Of a DNA stretch of 64,000 nt, positions 17,732 to 27,464 are shown in pieces; position 1 is the first letter of the stretch; every line of letters starts with the position of its first letter. The notes beneath the pieces are model-generated. The model did not search any database, was not told where the DNA came from, and worked only from the letters and a program-made list of their open reading frames with translations. The position numbers and the translations under genes were made by a program. The DNA is taken from the NCBI GenBank assembly GCA_018812715.1, contig JAHJCT010000024.1:7015-71014 (forward strand), read 5' to 3'. This DNA comes from Candidatus Micrarchaeota archaeon. GTDB lineage: Archaea; Micrarchaeota; Micrarchaeia; Anstonellales; Bilamarchaeaceae.

Positions 17732-18667
17732 ATGAAGTTTTTGGCATTTGGTAGTGGAAACGGAGCCGGCCAAAGAAAAAAGCCATTCAAAAATAAGACA
17801 ATTATGCGACCAGATGGTGTTGAGGTTTCTTATAGATACAGAAGACCAGAAACAAATAATCCGAATATTGCTTTTCAAGGAGGATGGACGACCCACCCAG
17901 CCGTTTATCTTGCACAAATTAGAGATTTAGCATCACAATATGGAGTCCTTACTATGGAAAATAGAGGGCATTGGCATAGTCGTCTTGGAAACAGCACTCC
18001 AAACACTTATATCGATGATCTTGTTGAGGATTTCAAAGCGATTCTAGACGCAGAAAAAATTGAAAAAATAGTAATAACCGGACATTCTATGTGGGGTGCA
18101 GCAGCAATGCACTTTTATCATAAATATCCAGAAAGAGTTTTAGGATTGGTGCTAGTTGCTCCAGCATATACAGACCCACGAAAACTTGGATTTATGAAAA
18201 ACTATGATTTTTTACATCCGATCAGTGAGAAACTTGCTTCTCTTGCAGGCCATGCAACTGGATTTGATTTTGTTAAGAGACATGTGCTTTCTAGAACTCC
18301 ATTGGCTTGGCATGCATTGAGATTTGTTCTTCTAGTTACATTCCTAAAGGAAGCTAAAAATCAAGAAGACGTAGAAAAAATGATCAAAAACGTTTACAGA
18401 GCAGATATAAAGGCAATGAGTATGTCAATGCAAGCACTTTTTCTAATGAATGGTAATCTTCGTGAAAAAGCTAGAGAAATAGAAGTTCCAGTATTAATCA
18501 TAGGGGGAAAACAAGATTCGTTAATACATCCAGAAAGCTTAGAGGAACTAGCGGATTATGTTCCGAACGCCAAACTTGAGATATGGAATGAAGTTGCGCA
18601 TTTCCCTATGCTAACTTATCCTGCGAGATTTACACATCGCGTAGTGCAATTTCTTGAGGACATTTAG
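17732..18667 (+). CDS. Alpha/beta-fold hydrolase
   Basis: NRGHWHS, nucleophile elbow GHSMWG, GKQD, AHFP; the track's longer start overlaps tRNA-Lys. Confidence 0.85.
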   Translation: MKFLAFGSGNGAGQRKKPFKNKTIMRPDGVEVSYRYRRPETNNPNIAFQGGWTTHPAVYLAQIRDLASQYGVLTMENRGHWHSRLGNSTPNTYIDDLVEDFKAILDAEKIEKIVITGHSMWGAAAMHFYHKYPERVLGLVLVAPAYTDPRKLGFMKNYDFLHPISEKLASLAGHATGFDFVKRHVLSRTPLAWHALRFVLLVTFLKEAKNQEDVEKMIKNVYRADIKAMSMSMQALFLMNGNLREKAREIEVPVLIIGGKQDSLIHPESLEELADYVPNAKLEIWNEVAHFPMLTYPARFTHRVVQFLEDI

Positions 18668-19983
18668 TATTTTTCTAGATAATTTTCAATTTCCCAAGGA
18701 GTTACTTGCAATCTATATGAATCCCATTCTTTTGTTTTGGCTTCGATATATTTGGTATAAGTGTGCTCGCCTAATGCCTCTTGAATTAATCTATCGTCTT
18801 TCAATGCTTTCAATGCCTGCCAAAGCGAATGTGGTAGCGTATCAATATTTTTTTCTTGAAGTTTCTTGTCATCAAAATCATAAAGATTTTCTTCGATTGG
18901 CTCAGGCGGCTCAAAATTATTCTTAATGCCGTCCAAACCTGCTTTCAGCATTACTGCAAATGTTAAATACAAATTACAACTAGGATCAGGACAGCGAAGT
19001 TCGCATCTCGTTGATTGGCTTTTTCCTGCCGAATAACGCGGTATTCGTATCAATGCAGAACGATTAATCCTCGCCCAGCTAAGATAAACGGGTGCTTCAT
19101 AACCAGGAACAAGTCTTTTGTAAGAATTTACTGTTGGGGAAAGGATAGCAGACATTCCTTTTGCATGCTTTAATTGTCCTGCAATGAAACTGTATGCTGT
19201 TTTTGAAAGTTTATATTTATCAGAATCATCAAAAAATGCATTCTTTCCATTTTTGAATAAACTTTGATGCACATGCATACCTGAACCGTTTATGCCAGAG
19301 ATTGGCTTTGGCATAAATGTAGCATGCAATCCGTGTTTTTGTGCAATTGCCTTTAGTACAAATCTCATGGTTGTTCCATTATCAGCAGTGGTCAATGCAT
19401 CTGCATAGCGAAAATCTATTTCATGCTGGCCTAATGCCACCTCATGATGGCTGGCTTCGACATTGATATTAAATTTCTGAAGGGTAGTATTCATATCTCT
19501 CCGTATATCATAAGCTTGGTCTGTTGTTAAATCAAAATAGCTTCCTTTATCATGAGGAAGAGGAAGCAATTTGCCATTGTCTTTTCTAAAAAGAAAAAAT
19601 TCTAATTCAGGACCGACATTGTATTCAAAACCCATTTCTTTAGCATCTGCAAGAGTACGTTTGAGAATCTGGCGCGGATCTCCTTCAAAAGGTGATCCAT
19701 CTGGTCTATGTACATCACAGATAAATCTTGCTGTATTTCCATCATGTGAATTATGCCAAGGAAGAACTGCATATGTATTTACATCTGGTTTAAGGTACAT
19801 ATCGCTTTCATGAATGCGTGCAAAGCCATCTATTGAAGAACCGTCAAACCATGTACCATGTTTAACAGAGTCTTCAAGATGTTTGACTGGTATAGTAATT
19901 GATTTCACCATTCCAAAAAGATCAGTGAATTGTAAATTCACAAACTGCACATTGTCCTGTTCTATTTGTTCGAAAATTTCCAT
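18664..19983 (-). CDS. glnA: Glutamine synthetase type I
   Basis: FDGSSIDGF, GPELEFF, HHEVA.GQHE, FMPKP..GINGSGMH, NSYKRLVPGYEAP, NRSALIR. Confidence 0.97.
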   Translation of the reverse strand: MEIFEQIEQDNVQFVNLQFTDLFGMVKSITIPVKHLEDSVKHGTWFDGSSIDGFARIHESDMYLKPDVNTYAVLPWHNSHDGNTARFICDVHRPDGSPFEGDPRQILKRTLADAKEMGFEYNVGPELEFFLFRKDNGKLLPLPHDKGSYFDLTTDQAYDIRRDMNTTLQKFNINVEASHHEVALGQHEIDFRYADALTTADNGTTMRFVLKAIAQKHGLHATFMPKPISGINGSGMHVHQSLFKNGKNAFFDDSDKYKLSKTAYSFIAGQLKHAKGMSAILSPTVNSYKRLVPGYEAPVYLSWARINRSALIRIPRYSAGKSQSTRCELRCPDPSCNLYLTFAVMLKAGLDGIKNNFEPPEPIEENLYDFDDKKLQEKNIDTLPHSLWQALKALKDDRLIQEALGEHTYTKYIEAKTKEWDSYRLQVTPWEIENYLEKY

Positions 19984-19995
19984 AATCTCGCCTCT

Positions 19996-20136
19996 CAAAT
20001 GTTTGAAATTTTGATAGAATTCCATTCTTTTTATTGTTTTCTTTGTAATTTCCAAACAAATTATAGAAATATTAATAAATATTCCTTACAAATGTTTGGT
20101 TTATGAAGGTGCATGATGATGAAATCCGAACATTTG
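19996..20136. promoter_or_regulatory. Repeated CAAATGTTTG-type boxes in the glnA/Lrp divergent promoter
   Basis: Exact copies at 19996-20005 and 20089-20098, inverted variant at 20127-20136, imperfect 22-bp inverted repeat 20052-20099. Confidence 0.5.
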
Positions 20137-20580
20137 GAGATAGACAAAACCGACCAGCGTATCCTCCTGGAACTCAGACAAAATTGCAGACGTTCATACA
20201 GGGAACTGGCAGCAAGCACGGGGATGAGCCCGGCAGCATTGATAGAGAGGATGAAGAAACTGGAAAAAGAGGGGATAATTACAGGTTACTCAGCAAATTT
20301 TGATTATCTTGCATTAGGTTTTGAATTTATGGGAATTGTTCAGATCAGCATATCTGGTGATCTGTTAAAAGCCCAGGAAAAAATTAGTAAACTGCAGGGC
20401 GTGGCGGCAGTATATGATATAACTGGCCAGTATGATGCTATTGCAATATTAATGTGCAAAAACAGGAATGAATTATCAGCATTAGTAAAAAAGATTTTAG
20501 TTATACCGGGAGTAGAAAAAACAAATACTAATATTGTATTAAATGTAGTAAAAAAACTTCAGGAATTTGAACAGATTTAG
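20134..20580 (+). CDS. Lrp/AsnC family regulator
   Basis: EIDKTDQRILLELRQNCRRSYRELA HTH; YDITGQYD RAM domain; TTG start inferred (track start 20113). Confidence 0.93.
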   Translation: MEIDKTDQRILLELRQNCRRSYRELAASTGMSPAALIERMKKLEKEGIITGYSANFDYLALGFEFMGIVQISISGDLLKAQEKISKLQGVAAVYDITGQYDAIAILMCKNRNELSALVKKILVIPGVEKTNTNIVLNVVKKLQEFEQI

Positions 20581-21863
20581 TGGTGGTTACCAAGCGCTTG
20601 AACTATTTTGAAGTTAAGGTCTCCCCAGGCATCTGCAAGCACTGCTGAATCACGAAAACCTCTGCCAGCATTGCCGTGATAATACTCTCTATCACTATCA
20701 AGACTTCTTATATGAAGTTCTACTCTTCTTATTCTGTCTGCCCCAAAAAGATTTGCCCTAAAATCTAAATGGCCAACACCACTGTAACCTGAACAACTTC
20801 TAGCCTCAGGATCTCTACATTGTGGGTAGAAAAGATGTTCGGTATCAACGAGTAAATGGCTATGCTTTGTTGTAATTAGATGATATAGTGCCTCAGCATG
20901 ATAACATCGTTTAGCTACAAGAGTACTGGCAACAACGTCATGGATTCCTTCTAAGATGAGGGTTGGATCAAAATCAGTTCCATCAGGAGAAACAAGTCCT
21001 TTAGATACTGCCTTGATAGTAGCAGAACCAGACGTTTTTTCACGTAAAATAAATGGAACCTGTTCACCAGTCTCTCTATTTGTTTTTGTTACTATTGGAA
21101 GGTTTCTGTTTTCAGCACATGCCATTGTATTAGATAAGTATTTTGAGAAGTTAACACGTAGTTTACTAATTTCATCTTCCAGAGATTGAAACAACTGCCT
21201 CATTTTTACAAACACTTTTGGATAAAGATATGTTGCAATTACGTCAGATTGTCTGTCATAACATGAGAAGAGTAGTAATTGTACTGCTGCAGGTCTCCAA
21301 TAATCAAGCATACTATGAGCCATGTTTCTTATTACATCTGGAAATTTACCATGAGACATCATATTGTGTAATGTGTGAGCACTTCTACCTCTGAAAAATT
21401 GAGGTTCAGACATGTCTATTGTTCTTACGAAAACTTCTGGAGGAACAACCACATAACCAGCTTTGGATTGATAAGGTTTTAGGAGAACGTTATAAATACT
21501 GGGTTCTTTTGCATCAGGAGGGGCTTCATCTTGAACTCTGAGCATGTTCAGATTAAGAAAAGAACGTCTGATGGCATTTTGATCAGCTTCAGAAAGATGT
21601 CTTAGAACAGCAGGTGGAAGAACGGTCCTTGCATCAAGTGGATGTAAAATCGCCAGGACAATACACATACCAGCCCAATGTGCATCTTTGCTTCTAGCAG
21701 TATATCTTATCACTTCTTCAGTTACTGCCTTAGCATGCGCAAATGCAAGATGGCCCTCAATTTTGCCATATCGCTTTGTAAAAATAGAACGTGCAGCCCT
21801 ATAAAGAAGTAGTTGTTGTTCAGGATTTTTTGGCAATGTCTCTAAGCGAAATGGTTTTGGCAT
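20577..21863 (-). CDS. Divergent RelA/SpoT homolog (pseudo-HD + synthetase-like, no TGS/ACT)
   Basis: REKTSGSATIK (RxKxxxSxxxK), IHDVVAST, CY, GYSGVGH, VELHIRS, HGNA; HD site reads LAILHP. Confidence 0.65.
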   Translation of the reverse strand: MPKPFRLETLPKNPEQQLLLYRAARSIFTKRYGKIEGHLAFAHAKAVTEEVIRYTARSKDAHWAGMCIVLAILHPLDARTVLPPAVLRHLSEADQNAIRRSFLNLNMLRVQDEAPPDAKEPSIYNVLLKPYQSKAGYVVVPPEVFVRTIDMSEPQFFRGRSAHTLHNMMSHGKFPDVIRNMAHSMLDYWRPAAVQLLLFSCYDRQSDVIATYLYPKVFVKMRQLFQSLEDEISKLRVNFSKYLSNTMACAENRNLPIVTKTNRETGEQVPFILREKTSGSATIKAVSKGLVSPDGTDFDPTLILEGIHDVVASTLVAKRCYHAEALYHLITTKHSHLLVDTEHLFYPQCRDPEARSCSGYSGVGHLDFRANLFGADRIRRVELHIRSLDSDREYYHGNAGRGFRDSAVLADAWGDLNFKIVQALGNHH

Positions 21864-21901
21864 AATGGTGTTATGTCATAAACAGTATTTAAAAGTGTTT
21901 G

Positions 21902-23248
21902 TTACGCAAATCCGATCGAGGCAGTAATTTCGAGCTTCCTATCCATGAATCTTTTACGCTCTCCATTGACAAGGGGACATCCTTTATATCCATCATGGCT
22001 TGCCTCGCCTTCATCTGCTTTTTTGTGCATTGAAACAGTTCGAACTATGAATTCTGCAGGTACCATGACGCCATTGGTGGTCATTGTATCTAAATGGACA
22101 CTCTGATATTCTGTAACTGGTTTTGGATTGGTTGCGTAATCTTCCACGTTCTCTATACGCAGGCCAGAAACTCCCATATCTTGGGCAATTGGTAACACGC
22201 CCCTTTCATGAAGAAATGAGACTACACCATACATTTCAGGAGTGTCTGCTGTGATTACAGTAAGGCCGGCCCAATCATGCACCTCTCCAAGTGGAATGCC
22301 TTTTTTAAGAGATTTGTGTAAAAGGCCGCCAACTCCTTTGAAAGGTTTAAGTGCTACTGCAACAGTGCCAGGACCTACAAGATCAAACAGTTTAGAAACT
22401 ACCTGATAATTAGGGGCTACAAGAACCTGAAGATCAAGGCTTCTGGCCATGTGTTGAAGTGTAGCAAGAATAAATTTGTTAGTTGTTTCGAGTGCACCGA
22501 CTTTTCCTTGTACTTTCTCGGCGACTTCCTGGAAACGTTCTGGATAACGATAGAATACGGCATTGTCTCGCATCTGTCGATATGCATGAGTCTGCCCACC
22601 CCAATCAGCTATAGGACAGTAAACTCTAAGCATTGGATCGGCCCAGGCAGTCTGAACTGCGGACCAATCTGAATGTACAGGGAAAATACCTGGCATTCTG
22701 GTTGTTGCTGCCATCAGTGTCTCGGGGTCGTGAATAGTCATCATATCCGCTACTCTAGTGTAAAGTGCAATCAGGAGATTTGTAACATTTATTGAAGGAT
22801 CGTTAAGAAGCTCGACATATGCAGCTGAACGATCGCCCATAGTACTGTCAAGAGCAGCTAATCTTCTCTCAAGTTCGTGAGTTGGAAGAAAACGGGCACT
22901 AAAATCCCCAGTAGTAGGAAGATGGCTGGATGAAGTCAATGAATGGTAAAGAATCTGATCAGTAAGCTCCATTGAAAGCATATCTCTTTCGTCGGCAGAA
23001 GGATCTAAGAGCTTGCCTTCCACTGCTGCCCTTAGAACACATAAACTGTGTTGGAATACTTTTTCTGCACCGAGTTTTTCGTAATGTGCTCGTGCCTCGG
23101 CAACCTTTTTTTGTATAGCTTGTGAGAGATGGCCATTGCCGTTTTTTAGGCCCATAATAGTTTCTATTATACCAGAAGGAGAAATTGACATAAATGGCAC
23201 ACTGGACGAAGGGCGCATTGCAGATGGAGATAAGACTGTGTGAGCCAT
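21902..23248 (-). CDS. Divergent RelA/SpoT homolog (pseudo-HD + synthetase-like, no TGS/ACT)
   Basis: LRVYCPIADWGG..MRDNAVFYRYPERF, KGVGGLLHK, EVHDWAGLTVI, EDYATNPKPVTEYQSVH, EFIVRTVSMHKKADEGEASHDGYK; start at MAHTV after a TATATAAA box. Confidence 0.8.
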   Translation of the reverse strand: MAHTVLSPSAMRPSSSVPFMSISPSGIIETIMGLKNGNGHLSQAIQKKVAEARAHYEKLGAEKVFQHSLCVLRAAVEGKLLDPSADERDMLSMELTDQILYHSLTSSSHLPTTGDFSARFLPTHELERRLAALDSTMGDRSAAYVELLNDPSINVTNLLIALYTRVADMMTIHDPETLMAATTRMPGIFPVHSDWSAVQTAWADPMLRVYCPIADWGGQTHAYRQMRDNAVFYRYPERFQEVAEKVQGKVGALETTNKFILATLQHMARSLDLQVLVAPNYQVVSKLFDLVGPGTVAVALKPFKGVGGLLHKSLKKGIPLGEVHDWAGLTVITADTPEMYGVVSFLHERGVLPIAQDMGVSGLRIENVEDYATNPKPVTEYQSVHLDTMTTNGVMVPAEFIVRTVSMHKKADEGEASHDGYKGCPLVNGERKRFMDRKLEITASIGFA

Positions 23249-23407
23249 ATGTATATTATGGTTCAACTTCTTTTTATATATATGTTTTTCCATCCTAAAC
23301 CACACTTTCTTTGCCGTAGCAAACAATCTGGTCAATTGCGTCCTACTGGTCGCTATTAGAGTATAGAAATAGGTTTCTTTATAAATGAGTGTCACAAAAA
23401 AGGCATA

Positions 23408-24388
23408 CTAGTGGAAGAATAATTTGGCCTTTTTTAGTTGTTCATGATTTTTAGAGCCAGTAAGATAGGCACATATTTTCATCTGGTTCTTGAATACGCC
23501 GATAAACTCATCTAAAGCATCATCCTTCCATGCCTTAATGAATGGGTATGCAGCACCACATAGGTCTGCTCCTAATGCTATTGCCTTTACTCCGTCGATA
23601 CCATTTCTTATGCCTCCACTTGCTATTATGGGGAGTACATTCCGGCACATTACAATACAATCTGCAGTTGGAATGCCCCAATTTTCAAAGCCAGGAACAG
23701 GGCCTGAACGGAAATATTCTACCTTGCTCCAGGATGTTCCGCCGGCTCCAGCAACATCAATATAGCTTGCGCCAGCCTCTTTCAGCTTAACTGCAACGCT
23801 TTGATTCATACCTGCACCAGTTTCTTTGACAACAACAGGAACAGAAAGCCTGTCACAGGTCTTTCTAATGGCATCCAAAACCCCGCTAAAATCAGTATCC
23901 CCTTCTGGTTGTACAACTTCTTGGAGTGCATTCAAGTGTATGGCAAGGCCATCTGCTTCAATAGAGCTTACGAGTGACTCTATTTGTTCAAATGGGTATT
24001 TTTTAAGCTGAAAAGCGCCGATATTTGCAAGAAGAGGGATATTTGGTGCAACACTTCTTACCTCGTAAGTCTCCTTAAGTTTAGGTTTTTCAATCATTGC
24101 TCGCTGGGAACCAACACCAAACGCCAAACCATGTTTTTCTGCTGCTTTGGCAAGTTCTTTGTTAATATTCTTAGCAGCCGGATATCCCCCGGTCATGCCA
24201 GTAATTAATATAGGATAACTGATTTTTTTTCCGAGAAATGTAGTTGAAAGATCAACATCTTTTAAGTCAATCTCAGGAAGAGCATTGTGCATGAAATCCA
24301 TACGTTCGAATCTAGTTGTTTTTGCATACTGTGCATCTTTCCTTAATACAAGCTCGACATGATCTTTTTTTCTTGATTCAGTTCCCAT
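23408..24388 (-). CDS. fni: Type 2 isopentenyl-diphosphate isomerase
   Basis: RKKDH, HNALPE, MTGG, GSQR, HLNALQE, KETGAG, GAGGTSW, SGGIR. Confidence 0.96.
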   Translation of the reverse strand: MGTESRKKDHVELVLRKDAQYAKTTRFERMDFMHNALPEIDLKDVDLSTTFLGKKISYPILITGMTGGYPAAKNINKELAKAAEKHGLAFGVGSQRAMIEKPKLKETYEVRSVAPNIPLLANIGAFQLKKYPFEQIESLVSSIEADGLAIHLNALQEVVQPEGDTDFSGVLDAIRKTCDRLSVPVVVKETGAGMNQSVAVKLKEAGASYIDVAGAGGTSWSKVEYFRSGPVPGFENWGIPTADCIVMCRNVLPIIASGGIRNGIDGVKAIALGADLCGAAYPFIKAWKDDALDEFIGVFKNQMKICAYLTGSKNHEQLKKAKLFFH

Positions 24389-24392
24389 AATA

Positions 24393-25130
24393 TTACCTGG
24401 CCAGTGGGTATTTTTCCATATACATTTGAGTTTGGAGAACAGTAAGGAATGGTAATATGATAAGAGAGTTAATTAAAAGAACGAAATAAGCAGAAAATGG
24501 ATGTGCGAAAAGGAAATCAGCGAATAATTTTAGGACAGAAATGACTAACAATGCCACAAATGACCAAATGAGGAAAAGATGTGGATTGGCAAGGGCCATC
24601 TGCATTGAACGTTTTATAGCAGTAGGAGTATCTGAATTATCTATCACAACAGCTGGCGGTACAAAGAAAAGAAGGAAGGAGATCACTAATGAAAAGATGG
24701 GGAATAACCAACTTCTTAATGGGTTTTCATAGGTAAGTAATTGAACTACAAATAAAAGTAAAAGAGCAAGCGTATAGATGTAAAATATGCGTGTTGCATA
24801 GCTACCCATTGCTGACACAACTTCTTGTTTTATTACATTCAGAGTTCTTTTTGAACGGATTATCAAATTTATGTTAACGATTGTATCTGCGATAAGAAAA
24901 ACTGCTACTGCATATGCAACCACAGTTATGATCAGATCTAACTGTGAAAGTTCAGGGATGCTGCCAGTGCGGATAAATACTGCGCCAAGAGAAAGATAGG
25001 TTGGAGCAGCAACTAAAACAGGAAGAAGAAATGCGAAGATGAATGGGATAGAGAAAATTACTATTAAACCTAAGCGTTTTAGATAAAATTCAAATGCATA
25101 CTTGAATGTACGGGAAATATCATCATCCAT
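24393..25130 (-). CDS. Conserved-type multi-pass membrane protein
   Basis: About 6 TM helices; start moved to MDDDIS to avoid overlap with the upstream gene. Confidence 0.75.
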   Translation of the reverse strand: MDDDISRTFKYAFEFYLKRLGLIVIFSIPFIFAFLLPVLVAAPTYLSLGAVFIRTGSIPELSQLDLIITVVAYAVAVFLIADTIVNINLIIRSKRTLNVIKQEVVSAMGSYATRIFYIYTLALLLLFVVQLLTYENPLRSWLFPIFSLVISFLLFFVPPAVVIDNSDTPTAIKRSMQMALANPHLFLIWSFVALLVISVLKLFADFLFAHPFSAYFVLLINSLIILPFLTVLQTQMYMEKYPLAR

Positions 25131-25176
25131 AGACAAAAATATGAACGTATAATTTATTAGACTTAGCCTAATTTGG

Positions 25177-26565
25177 TTATTTGCCATTATACGCCCTATC
25201 TGCCATTTGCCACACAGCTGCAGATTGATAAAATCCTTTGAAAATATCGCCAGGAATTGTATATGATGAGAAATCTTTCCAGTTTGTTGGTGGCTTATAT
25301 GGTTCGTTATTTGGAAGGTCATTTCTACTGCTATAAAGAGGATTGATTGAAACAAGATAATTTCTGCTTGGATTTATTTGAACCCATGAAACATTTGCTT
25401 TTATTAATCCATCAAAAGCCTGTCTGATATTAAACTTATCATAAGAAGATTGAACATGATCAACCTCACCGGTTAAGATCATAACTTCAAGATCTGGCAT
25501 ATTGGCAATTGCATCATCGTACAAAACAACTGACTCTCTCATATCCCAATACTCATCTGCTTGTTCTGGTGTTGCAAAATGTGAAGGCCATGATCCATTG
25601 AAAATGTTCATGCTTTCCATTGCATATGTTACTGGACGAGAATAGAACAGTATTGAACCATTATCTCCCCCAGGATAATAATCAAGTGGAAAATCCTCAT
25701 CAAGTTCAAGTTTACCATTACCATTAAGATCAGGAATATCCTTACCAGCTATTTGAACAGTCGTATATTGATCATCACCATTGCCATCATGAAATACAGT
25801 ATAATATTGATAATTTGGATTATAAGTAAGATCACTATAATTTGAACCAAGAACAAGTGGACCATAGGCAGAATAACGTGGATTGAAATAATCGCCTTGT
25901 CCAGTTGCAGGTTTAAGCCAAATGCGCCCAAAATCACGGTTTGCTATTTGACTTGAAACTGGAGTTTCCCACTGAATAACATATCTCAAATGACCATTAA
26001 GCTCATTACCATAAAATGCAGGAACGGCGATAATGATATTACCGCCATTTGATACACCAATTAGCCCTATATCGTCGTGAAGAACACTAACATTAGCTAC
26101 ATCATCTATAGTGCGGCCAAGACTATCTGTTTTTTCACCAGCTGCATAAAGTATGACATCTTTGATTGCTAAGATACTGTTTTCTCCACGATAATCATAA
26201 ATTCCATCAGAACTAAGGCCAGACCAGTTATCTTTTGTGCCAGGAAAGAGAAGCGTGATTATTATTGTATCATCCAATTCAGGTGCAAGTTCATGATTAA
26301 TACCGCCGCCATCATAACCTCCAGGTACCCATATCACAACTGGTGCACCACCATCATAACGGGTATTATTCGGAAAATGAATGCGAACTGCAAGTGCCCC
26401 ATCTCCAGTGCTTGAAGATGGGAGTCGTATATCAACAACAGTAGCAGTTACCGTATTATTCTGGGATGTGGATTGATTTGAAGAAGAATCAGGAAAAAGA
26501 AAACACCCCGAAATTAGAAAAGTACTTGCAATCAAAAATAAAATTAAAAAGTTTCTAGACAACAT
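25177..26565 (-). CDS. Exported lipoprotein-like alpha/beta hydrolase
   Basis: Lipobox-like LISGC; GVSNGG elbow; Ca-binding-like DGNGDD and DLNGNG loops. Confidence 0.65.
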   Translation of the reverse strand: MLSRNFLILFLIASTFLISGCFLFPDSSSNQSTSQNNTVTATVVDIRLPSSSTGDGALAVRIHFPNNTRYDGGAPVVIWVPGGYDGGGINHELAPELDDTIIITLLFPGTKDNWSGLSSDGIYDYRGENSILAIKDVILYAAGEKTDSLGRTIDDVANVSVLHDDIGLIGVSNGGNIIIAVPAFYGNELNGHLRYVIQWETPVSSQIANRDFGRIWLKPATGQGDYFNPRYSAYGPLVLGSNYSDLTYNPNYQYYTVFHDGNGDDQYTTVQIAGKDIPDLNGNGKLELDEDFPLDYYPGGDNGSILFYSRPVTYAMESMNIFNGSWPSHFATPEQADEYWDMRESVVLYDDAIANMPDLEVMILTGEVDHVQSSYDKFNIRQAFDGLIKANVSWVQINPSRNYLVSINPLYSSRNDLPNNEPYKPPTNWKDFSSYTIPGDIFKGFYQSAAVWQMADRAYNGK

Positions 26566-26627
26566 AATAATTCAAGGCAACCTATATTTTTAATTCATAT
26601 CGGAGATTAGATTGCTCAGGTGTATTT

Positions 26628-27323
26628 TTGTCAATCCAGAAATATAAAATAACAAAGATAAAGAAATTGGGATCAAATGTGAAGGTATTTTGCTTTGAGC
26701 CACTAGAAGGAAAACTGCCAGAATACAAACCAGGGCACTTTACATTTCTACATTTGTTTAATGAAAACGGAGAAAGCATTGTTAAGAGAGCTTATTCAAT
26801 AGCCTCATCACCAGATATGCCATATATAGAATTATGCATCAAGATGGTAAATGGAGAATTAACAGGTAGATTAGAAAGGATTGAGGTTGGGGGGGTAGTT
26901 GGTATTGAGCAACCTGGGGGCCACCTCACTTATGATGATCAGCCTAAAATTGCTCTTATAGCTGGTGGAACTGGAATCTCACCAATGATGAGTATATTAC
27001 GATATATAACATACAAGCAAATGAAAGGCGAATTCGTATTATTTTATAGTGCCAGGACCAGGGCAGACATACTTTATAGAGAAGAACTTGAGGAATTGCA
27101 GAAAAAAAATGAAAATATAACAGTAGTGATAACCCTTACACGCGAAGAATGGGAAGGAGAAAAAGGAAGGTTATGTCACGCTGTGATAGGAAAGTATATA
27201 GACGATACAAAGGGATTCAATTGGTGGATTTGCGGACCAATGGAAATGATAAAAACAATGAAACAATGTTTATCTTCATTAGGTGTAGAGGCTAAAAATA
27301 TCAAGATAGAAGGCTGGGGGTAG
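26628..27323 (+). CDS. FAD/NAD(P)-binding oxidoreductase (FNR family)
   Basis: YKPGHF, RAYSIASS, AGGTGISP, ICGP, IEGW. Confidence 0.92.
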   Translation: MSIQKYKITKIKKLGSNVKVFCFEPLEGKLPEYKPGHFTFLHLFNENGESIVKRAYSIASSPDMPYIELCIKMVNGELTGRLERIEVGGVVGIEQPGGHLTYDDQPKIALIAGGTGISPMMSILRYITYKQMKGEFVLFYSARTRADILYREELEELQKKNENITVVITLTREEWEGEKGRLCHAVIGKYIDDTKGFNWWICGPMEMIKTMKQCLSSLGVEAKNIKIEGWG

Positions 27324-27375
27324 AATTAAAAAACCAAACAAATGAATTAATTCATTCGATTCTATATGAAATGAT

Positions 27376-27464
27376 TAGAGAGGGTTTTCAAATGAAATAT
27401 GATAACTATCTAAGATGGGGATACAACCCCCCTCTTAGAAATATAGAGAGGGTTTTGAAATGAA
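27376..27464 (+). promoter_or_regulatory. rpl11 leader: duplicated RBS/start, hairpins and a 23-codon uORF
   Basis: tagagagggtttt(c/g)aaatgaa at 27376 and 27444; uORF 27392-27463 overlaps the rpl11 ATG (ATGA). Confidence 0.55.

Noticed and set aside
23249-23395. 49-aa N-terminal extension of the RSH-like ORF
   Set aside because: Spans the TATATAAA promoter; a leaderless start at 23248 is more plausible
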